This document shows positions 9,460 to 17,133 of a DNA stretch of 30,902 nucleotides, one piece after another. The stretch is taken from positions 1-30,902 of the forward strand of contig NIVC01003441.1 in assembly GCA_002269645.1 (NCBI GenBank). Direction: 5' to 3'. The translations under genes were made by a program, and so were the position numbers. Position 1 is the first letter of the stretch; the number at the start of each line of letters is the position of its first letter. The notes below the pieces were generated by a model. That model saw only the letters and a list, made by a program, of their open reading frames with translations, searched no databases and had not been told where the DNA came from. This DNA comes from Macrostomum lignano. Taxonomy: Eukaryota.

Positions 9460-10446
9460 TCAGTCAGAGCACGAATCCCACAGCCTACGGAGGGCACCCA
9501 GGACCAAACCCTGGCGTCGCAGGTCAAACAGCGGGAACATCACCATCACCGACATGTAGACAGCTTGACACGCTTGGCGACTCCACCGACGAACTCCGTG
9601 CCCCGGATACTTGCGACCGTCTCGCTCCAAGTAGCCCAGGATCTGCAGCATCAACTCCGGACCGAATTCCTTGAAATCCACCGAGGCAGTGGCGCACTTC
9701 CCCTTCAGGGCTAGCAGCACCTCAAAGATGCCCCACGGGTCGCCCTTCCGCATTGCCTGGTGCAGTTTCTTCCGACTGGGTCCTACGTTCTCCAGTTCCG
9801 CGACGGTCACTGGTCGGCACGGTCTTGTCTGAAGCCGGTACGCTCTCTGCAGATATTCTTCAATCAGGTTTCTACATCCGGCACAATCTTCCTCCGCTTC
9901 CCATGACGTCTCAAGCTCCTCTACACCGGCCCACTGCAGCAGATACTCCGCTCCTCGCTCCGTGACTCGTACTCCTAAGACCTTCTCGACCTCGTACTCC
10001 TCCGGCAGTGTCTCACTCGCCTCGTTCATCTCTTCGTCCTGCTCATCGTCTGAGGCCTCCTCACTTGCCTCCATCTTGACGTGCTCCTCATCCCTCCTCG
10101 CCTGTTCTCTCTCGTACGCCTCCTCAGCTAATCGGTTGCTCTCTTGTAGTCTTTCTATCTCTTCTCGGAGATCGTCGGGCATGTCTTCATCCTCTAACAT
10201 CCCTTCTGCGAGCCGAAGCATCTCATCCCGGTCACGAACAGCATTTCCAAAGATATCGTACAGCTTTCTAAGGAACGGACACGACAGTATTCGGTACGCC
10301 TCTTCGCACTCCTGGAATCTCTTTCGCGTCTCCTCTGTTGCGCTCTTGTCAGGGTGCAGTTCGCGTGCTCGACCGTAGAACGCTTTCCGAATCTGTGCCG
10401 CAGACGCCCACAGCTGCACTCCAAGACACTCGTAGAGGTCCGCCAT
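9460..10446 (-). CDS. Retrotransposon ORF3: DnaJ J-domain + acidic linker + chromodomain + unassigned C-terminal domain (328 aa)
   Basis: aa 3-67 DLYECLGV...ASAAQIRKAF...LHPDK...RFQECEEAYRILSCPFLRKLYDIFG is a J-domain with intact HPD (nt 10356-10348). aa 149-198 EEYEVEKVLGVR...EYLLQWAGV...SWEAEEDC..CRNLIEEY is a chromodomain (nt ~9996-9853). The ORF is uninterrupted and lies between the pol stop and the PPT. Confidence 0.92.
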   Translation of the reverse strand: MADLYECLGVQLWASAAQIRKAFYGRARELHPDKSATEETRKRFQECEEAYRILSCPFLRKLYDIFGNAVRDRDEMLRLAEGMLEDEDMPDDLREEIERLQESNRLAEEAYEREQARRDEEHVKMEASEEASDDEQDEEMNEASETLPEEYEVEKVLGVRVTERGAEYLLQWAGVEELETSWEAEEDCAGCRNLIEEYLQRAYRLQTRPCRPVTVAELENVGPSRKKLHQAMRKGDPWGIFEVLLALKGKCATASVDFKEFGPELMLQILGYLERDGRKYPGHGVRRWSRQACQAVYMSVMVMFPLFDLRRQGLVLGALRRLWDSCSD

Positions 10447-10545
10447 CTGTAACAGTCCGGCCTAACTCCGATGAGCAATGAGACACGCACGACATGTACC
10501 TCCCTTCCCCTTTGGCTATCCAAGCGCCGTACACCGGACCCTTCT

Positions 10546-13500
10546 TCAGTAGTAGTACACCGGGACCCCAAACCGATCTGGCGGTCGCCGCAGACGTCTT
10601 GGTCGCCCTGCTTCCTCCTGTGCCGTCCTCACTTCCTGCTCGGGTACGTTGGCGTCGTTCGGCTCTGCCTCATCCTCTTCGTCCTGCTCCTCGTCGTACC
10701 GCGACTCATCGTCGTGCTCTTCTTCGTCATCGTCTGCTTCTCGACGCTCAGGTCCGGGCTCACAGTCTTCGGCCAGATTTCGGGTGTCCGGTGGAGCGTG
10801 ATCTCTTGGATCTTGAAACCGCAGCTGAAGATCTTCAAACTCTTCATCTTCCTGCTCGGATTCCTGGTCCTGCGGCCCTCGCGCTGCGGTCCACCTCTGG
10901 GTCTCGCCCCGTTGCACTCTCTGCCTTCGGCTTCGTCCAGCAGCGGAATTATCACGTCGCGGCCTGGTTTTTCCCGAACTGGCCCTCCCAATTTCCTCTC
11001 TAGTCTCTTGACCGTCTGCCGCCTCCGTCTGGCCCTGAACCGGCCGGAGATTGTTGAAGTGCACCACCTTGGTCTTCTGCGGCTGTGTCGGATCCTGCAC
11101 TCGGTACAACGCATCTGACAGCTTCTCCAGGACCTTCACTGGGCCGCGCCAGTTGATATGGAACTTGCTTTTCTCTCCCATCTCAAGCACGGATAGTACA
11201 GCAAGACAGAGTCGCCCTTCTGAATCGCTTTGCCCTTTACTTTCCGATCGTAATTCATTTTCTGCCGTCGCTGAACCGTCTCGCGTCCTTCTCGAATGCG
11301 TTCATGGGCATGAAGCAGGTTCTGCTGATCTCTTGCACAAACAAGGGATAGCTGTCCGTCTTTCGCCTAAGGTCCTCTGGTTCGAATCCCAGCGGCATCT
11401 CCTGACCATGCAGCATGTAGTAGGGCGTGTAACCGGTGGACGCCTGGACCGTCGATCGATAAGCCATCAAGGCACTTGGCAGGTACTCCTCCCAGGCGTT
11501 CTGACCCTTCTGTACCAGATACGTGCGCAAACTGTTCTTCAGGAACCCGTTAAATCGTTCCACCTGTCCGTTGCCACTCGGGTGGTAGGCGCTCGTCCTG
11601 GTCTTCTTCACACCCAACAGCTCGCACAGCTTCCTGACGATCCCCGACTCAAAGTTCCTTCCTTGGTCTGAGTGAAGTACCCGGGGGCACCCGTGATTGG
11701 CAATCCAGCGTTCGAATAGCACCCTTGCGATCGTTGCCGACTTCTGGTTCCGGATGGCATAAGCGTCAGGCCACTTTGAGAACGCATCTTGCACCGTGAG
11801 GATGTAGAAGTTTCCTTTCTTGCTCCGTGGCAGCGGCCCGATGACGTCCGTCATCACGATATCGAATGGGCTTGAACTCGGAATCGGCTCCATCGGTGCA
11901 ATTGGTTTCTTGCCAGCTTTGGCCTTGGTGCAGTCCAAACAGGCTTTTACGTGCTCTTCGACCTCGCGGCCAAGTCCCGGCCACCAAAACGATTGCCGCA
12001 CCTTCTCCTTGGTCTTGAAAATCCCAACGTGCCCTCCACTCCGTCCACCATGAGCTTCTTCCAGCACTGCTCTCAGCATATTCCGTGGCAACACCACTTG
12101 CGGCTGACGTCTACTGGCCGTATGACACAGCAACACCTCACTGTCCGACACCTCAAGGTCACGACGTCTTTCGATAATCCTCCTTGCCGTCGGTGATATG
12201 CGCCGCAAATGCTCTTCGGTTATCTCTCCGTCGCTGTGAGCCAGCAGCTCCATCGCCTGACGAATGTCGCTGTCCATCTTCTGGCTCTCTCTGATCTCCT
12301 CCGAGGTCCACTTCTGCAATCCCAACGCGTTCACGCCGATCTGCTCTTGTGCACATCCAGGACAACTCTCGCTTCCTTGATGGCGCCGACGTGGCTTCCT
12401 GGAGAGAGCGTCCGCGTGTTGATGTTTCACTCCCGGACGATGTTCGATGCGATACCTGTACGGAGCCAAGAGTTCCAGCCATCTGGCCAGTTGTCCTTCT
12501 ACGTCCCGCAGCGAATGCAGCCACTTCAAGCTGCTGTGATCGGTGCGCACTAGAAACTCTCGCCCCATCAGGTAATAACGAAACTTCTGTACGAAAAACA
12601 CCACGGCCAGCAACTCGACTCGTGTCGTGCAGTAATTCCGTTCTTCTCGCGACAACGTCCTGCTTCCGTAAGCTATTACCTTCTCACTCCCATCTTTCTG
12701 CACCTGCGAAAGCACAGCGCCAATTCTTCTTTTGTGCTACCGTCTGTGTCTAAAACGAATTCTCCAGCGTCCTCCGCAAAGTTTGGAAACGCCATGACCT
12801 CAGATCCCTGCAACCTTTCCTTCAGGGCCTCGAATGCGGCTTGACACTCCTCATCCCAGCTCCACGGGCAATCATGTCGGGTCCGTCGCAGCATCGGCTC
12901 AGCAATGCGGGAAAAATCTGCGATGAATTGCCGGTAATACCCGCACAGTCCCAGGAATGACCTTACTTCCTTCACATTCCTCGGAGTTGGCCAGTCACGA
13001 ATTTCGGCAATCTTTTCTGGACTCGTGGCGATCCCATCAGCTGACACTACGTGTCCCAGGAAGGTCACTGACTTCAGCAGGAATGCGCACTTCTTTGGCT
13101 TCAGTTTGATGTTCGCTGCTCGCAACCGTCGAAAAACCGTTTGCAACCGTTCCAGGTGCTCTTCTACCGTTCGTGACCACACTAGCAGGTCGTCCAGATA
13201 CACCAAACACGTCTTCCAGCACAACTTCCCCAACACCACATTCATTAGCCGGCTGAATGAAGTCGGTGCATTTGTCAATCCAAATGGCATAACGTTCCAG
13301 GCGTACTGCTGTACCCGGTGTGAAACGCCAAAGGCCGTCTTCAGTCTGTCGCTGGGTTCCACCGCCATCTGCCAGTATCCCGACTGCATGTCCATGGTCG
13401 AAAAAATCTTGGCACCGCCTAGGCTCTCCAACAGGTCATCTGTCCTGGGCAACGGCACTGCATCCTTCTTGGTCACTTCATTCAGTTTCCGGTAGTCACA

Positions 13501-14738
13501 ACAGAACCTCAGGGAACCGTCCTTCTTTTTCACGCACACCACCGGAGAGCACCATGGGGACTGAACCTCGCTGATTCTCCCAGCTTCCAGCAAGTCATCC
13601 AACTCCTTGTCCACTTCCTGCCGCAGGTACGGGGAATCCGCCTCGCCGCTTCTTTCACAGGCCTGGCATCTCCAGTGTCGATCTCGTGCTTCATCACCGT
13701 CGTACAGCCGAGATCCTTGGAGTCCTTAGCAAAGACAGCCCGATGTTGGGAAATCAGCTCCCTGAAGTCGGCTTCCTCCTCCTCCGACAGGCCACATGAA
13801 CCCCACTCGCGGAATTCTTCGATCGGGTCCCATGCCTCCGCTTCATTCTTGGCCTCTACGTCGTCGTCCAAGCGCACCACGTTGATACCTCCGTTCGGTT
13901 CCAAAGGAATAAACCAGCCAATCGTCTCTCCTTTCTTGACCCTCTTCCTACAACTGGACGTATTCAGCAATCTCATCGGCAGCCGTCCATCCACACCGGG
14001 CGCTACCAGAGCTCGAGCCATCGCCAAATCCTTCTCAGCGGCCTTCACCGGCTTTTCTTCCGTTATGCCGACCGATCCGCAGTTTCTTGCGCCCTTTTTC
14101 TCTACCCTGGCTGGCATGACCACTTCTTGCGCCGGTTCCAGAAATACCGTTGTCTCGGCTTTGATTCGACACACCACGGGCAGCTCGCCTTTCTGCCGTA
14201 TCGGAACTCTAACATCGCCCACTCGAAAGACAAACTCCGAATAGTTGATGACGCAACGATGCTGTTTGAAAAATTCGGACCCGAGAATGACATCATAACG
14301 CAATCCGTCCACTACGAAGAAATTCGCTGACCACCGCTCGCCGCCAATCTCCACGTCCAGCACAATGCAGCCTCTCATCCTCATCGCACCTCCATTGGCC
14401 GTTGAAAGGGAACCGTCCATTGCAGTCAGTCTCTCCCTCACCTCTTGCGGCAGCCTCAGGAAAACATCACAGCTCAGCACTGACACACTCGCACCACTGT
14501 CTAACAGCAGAGCCACTGGCTTGCCGGAAACCGCACCGGAAATAAAAACTGTCAGAGGCTCCGTTGATACCGACGAACACGCCTCATGAACCAGGTTGCT
14601 CTTTGAATTCCCATCACCAGAGACGCACTTGGATTTATTTACAGAGTTAGTGAGCAACACCGGTTCCTCGCCCCTGGGAGACTTCACTTCCTGGCAGGGT
14701 CCCGACTCTCCCCGGTCGGTCCCCTCGGCCCGTTTCCC
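10546..14738 (-). CDS. pol: pol polyprotein (aspartic protease, RT, RNase H, integrase), with four apparent single-base frameshifts
   Basis: Protease LLDSGASVS (14501-14493); RT MPFGL and YLDD (13200-13189); RNase H LDTDGS..GIGAVLSQ...ELLAVV...TDH; integrase H..H..C..C zinc finger, DVIGP / SDQG / VERFN core, GPY/F-like WRGPVKV; ends RPRRLRRPPDRFG. One base is missing at each of ~13632, ~12726, ~11318 and ~11191. Confidence 0.95.
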
Positions 14739-15738
14739 GACTTCGGACACTTGAAGGATAGGTGGCCTTCACCGTTGCACTTGTGACATCGTACTGGCGA
14801 TTTCCCGTTTCCACTTGTCTGGCTGGTTTTCTTGGGACACTTTGATGAGATATGGCCCCACTCTCGACACGAAAAACACTGCACAGCCTTCCGACTCACC
14901 GGGGTCGGCTCTTCCGCTTCTCCAGACCTCCGCTCCTCCATCTCTTTCATTCGCATCTCCATGGCCGCAAGCTGTTTTCGAAGCATCTCGACCTCACTGC
15001 TTTCGGAAGCCTCATTTCTAGTCTCAGCTGTGACAGCACAGACGGTAGCTCTTTTTGATCCCTGACCTAGTGGACCGTGACTTGCCCTAACCGCCGCTTC
15101 CAGCTGATGCACTAGACGCATCGCGTCTGCTAAGGTCTCCGGCTGGCTCATGTACAATCGCTCCCGCACAGCCACCCCCGCACGGACGCCTCGCATAAAT
15201 CGCTCTTTCGCAAGATCATCGCGCACATCGGCAGGCGCATCAGGAAAGGCGTTTGCGACCAACTCAATCACAGCTTCAGAGAAATCTTCTACCGACTCCT
15301 TCTCGCTCTGCTCTCTATTGCTCAGTTCTGTGCGGTAGTCGACGACGGTACGGTGCATAGTGAACCTATCCCTCAAGGCCTGGGTAAATTCTTCGAACTG
15401 CAAGTCGTCCCAAGGTTCATGTTGTCGACAACTTGGAATGTGCTGAAGTCTAGATTGCTGAGCAACTGAGCGCGCCGATTCTGCATCGGAATCTGCATGG
15501 CATCGCAATAAGCTACGAAGAGCCTCAACCACTTCACGAAATTCATTCCTGGAGCATACTTCACCGGCCTCTGAATCCTGAGGGCACCCGCTTGCTGCAT
15601 GTTCTGCTGAATCTGGGCAGTCAAGGCGGCGACCAGATCATTAACACCAAAGGCTCCAGCAGCACCTCCAGCAGCACCTCCAGCCGCACCCCCAGCCGCA
15701 CCTCCAGCAGCACCTCCAGCAGCACCTCCAGCATCCAT
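14684..15738 (-). CDS. gag: gag (capsid + nucleocapsid with two CCHC zinc knuckles), one apparent frameshift
   Basis: ATG at 15738. One G missing at ~15410 joins VVDNMNLG to DDLQFEEFTQALRDRF. Knuckles CFSCREWGHISSKC and CHKCNGEGHLSFKC. Confidence 0.93.
14697..14738 (-). promoter_or_regulatory. Putative programmed -1 ribosomal frameshift site (G GGA AAC + 7-nt spacer + hairpin)
   Basis: Heptamer at 14738-14732 in the gag frame; pol is in the -1 frame; stem GGG-GA-CCGAC / GTCGG-GA-CCC at 14724-14697. Confidence 0.8.
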
Positions 15739-15825
15739 ACCACGGCGTCACAGTTTCTAACCTTAATTTCTCACAATATTCCGCGCCTCGAGCTTTCTTC
15801 CTTGCTTAGTCTTCCACAGCGCAGG

Positions 15826-15843
15826 GTCCCACCAAGGATGCCA
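15826..15843 (-). promoter_or_regulatory. Primer binding site TGGCATCCTTGGTGGGAC
   Basis: 18 nt starting with TGG, 3 nt inside the 5' LTR. Complement GUCCCACCAAGGAUGCCA looks like a tRNA 3' end; closest from recall is tRNA-Arg, not verified. Confidence 0.88.
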
Positions 15844-15846
15844 ATT

Positions 15847-16675
15847 TGTGATGATGGGGCTCGGTCCTTTCGTGCCCCTTTCCCAGACCCGGGTTCGTGT
15901 ACTGACCCTGGCTGCGGTCCTCCACTGACACGCGTACGACGCGGTGTCCGTCGGACTAGGCTGCTCGAGCGTACGACGCACGACAGCCTACAGACTCGCG
16001 TACGACGCAGAGCTGCTTGGGGTGGGACCGGCGTACGACGCACTTAATCCCTCTAAGGTGCCTAGTACAGATGCAGACCCAAATGACGTACGAATTGGAA
16101 GGCTTACCAGCCGCGATTTCAGTCGTACAAGAACCAGCGCCGTCAGAGCAGTGGTGATCTCGATATTCTTTATTTATATATTTGTCTAGCAATTCTGCGA
16201 GGAATAGCAATTCAGCAACCAACGCTGGCACAATCGCCGAGGAGCCACGAAGACGACGAGAATGGGGTCTCAAGGGGGCCGAATAAATAGGCAGCAAACT
16301 GGGGGTTGAGGGCGCGGGATAAAGGCAGAAAAGGGGGCTTAGACATCAGCCAAGGCAACGCATGAGCTGTACCAGCCAATCGCCGGGGCGCAGCACGGCA
16401 GACTGGGACTGGCAGCCAATCACAAACAGGGGCGGGGCAGCAAAGCTAACAAAATAATGGGGCGGGGTCGCACAGGGGGGGGGTCGCACGCAGAGCATGG
16501 GGGGAGGGTTGACTCAACAGAAAAGGTCTAGGCAGGGAGGGGAGGGGTACGCACGCGCAGAAGTGCAGGTGAGTGAGTCAGAAAATATCTAAGGAGGGGG
16601 GAGGGGGAGAGGACGGCCCACTGGCCCGGTGCAGCAACTAAGCAAAGAGCACACTGTCATAACACATTCATGACA
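15847..16675 (-). repeat. 5' LTR (829 bp)
   Basis: Differs from the 3' LTR only at five G-run sites. Minus-strand TATA-like TATTTAT at 16289-16283 and AATAAA at 16174-16169; CCAAT and GGGGCGGGG boxes in the presumed U3. Confidence 0.98.
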
Positions 16676-16786
16676 AAGTTTCTAAGAAAAAAGATTTCAA
16701 AAACTAATTTTTCTTTGTGCTTCAACGCACAAGGAATGATTTAGCAACAGACTATAGGGAAAATCGGCGGCATTATTTATGGTTTT

Positions 16787-16792
16787 TTTATT
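16787..16792 (-). terminator. Candidate poly(A) signal of the gelsolin-like gene
   Basis: AATAAA on the minus strand ~240 nt after the stop, followed by T-rich sequence. Confidence 0.5.
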
Positions 16793-17031
16793 ACGCTCGT
16801 AGAAGCCACTTAGCTCAGAAAGGTATAACAGCTCAAAACTCAGAACGTGGGTCTTAATCAGTAAGAACGGGTAATCTTGAATAAAATAAATTCAGTGCGA
16901 CAATTGCACTTTAAGGGGCTACAGAGAAACTGTTACTGAGGAACTTTTTAGGCGGATAAAATCTTGTCAGTGGATCAATTAGCTGGGGAGAAAAATCATT
17001 TTGTTCTGAGACAGAGACTGGCGAGGCCGCG

Positions 17032-17133
17032 CTAGTCAAAGACGGACTCGAAGGCTCTGCGGGTGCGGGCGGGCGCCTTGCTGTTCACGACAGTCAGCGG
17101 CAGCAGTGGGTTGGACAGCTCGTTGGCGTATTT
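17032..17133 (-). CDS. Gelsolin-like exon 8 (KYANELSNPLLPLTVV...SVFD*)
   Basis: Acceptor GCAG| ending at 17134; TAG at 17034-17032. Confidence 0.88.
   Translation of the reverse strand, partial: KYANELSNPLLPLTVVNSKAPARTRRAFESVFD

Larger units (their letters stand above)
8219..16675 (-). mobile_element. Full-length Ty3/Gypsy LTR retrotransposon with an extra J-domain/chromodomain ORF
   Basis: Two TG...CA LTRs; 4-bp TSD AAGT (8215-8218 and 16676-16679); PBS; PPT; domain order gag-PR-RT-RH-IN is the Gypsy order. Confidence 0.98.

Noticed and set aside
9460-10446. Polyomavirus T-antigen origin or an env gene
   Set aside because: No LxCxE motif, helicase or origin-binding domain; no signal peptide, furin site or clear transmembrane anchor.
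9460-11190. Classical chromovirus integrase-chromodomain fusion hidden by sequencing errors
   Set aside because: The integrase ends in a typical terminal motif, three in-frame stops separate it from ORF3, and a J-domain lies in between. A fusion would need several compensating errors in 100 bp.
9753-16297. Plus-strand ORFs overlapping gag, pol, ORF3 and the LTRs (e.g. 10471-11118, 11051-11671, 13675-14244)
   Set aside because: Antisense shadows of GC-rich coding sequence with no recognisable motifs.
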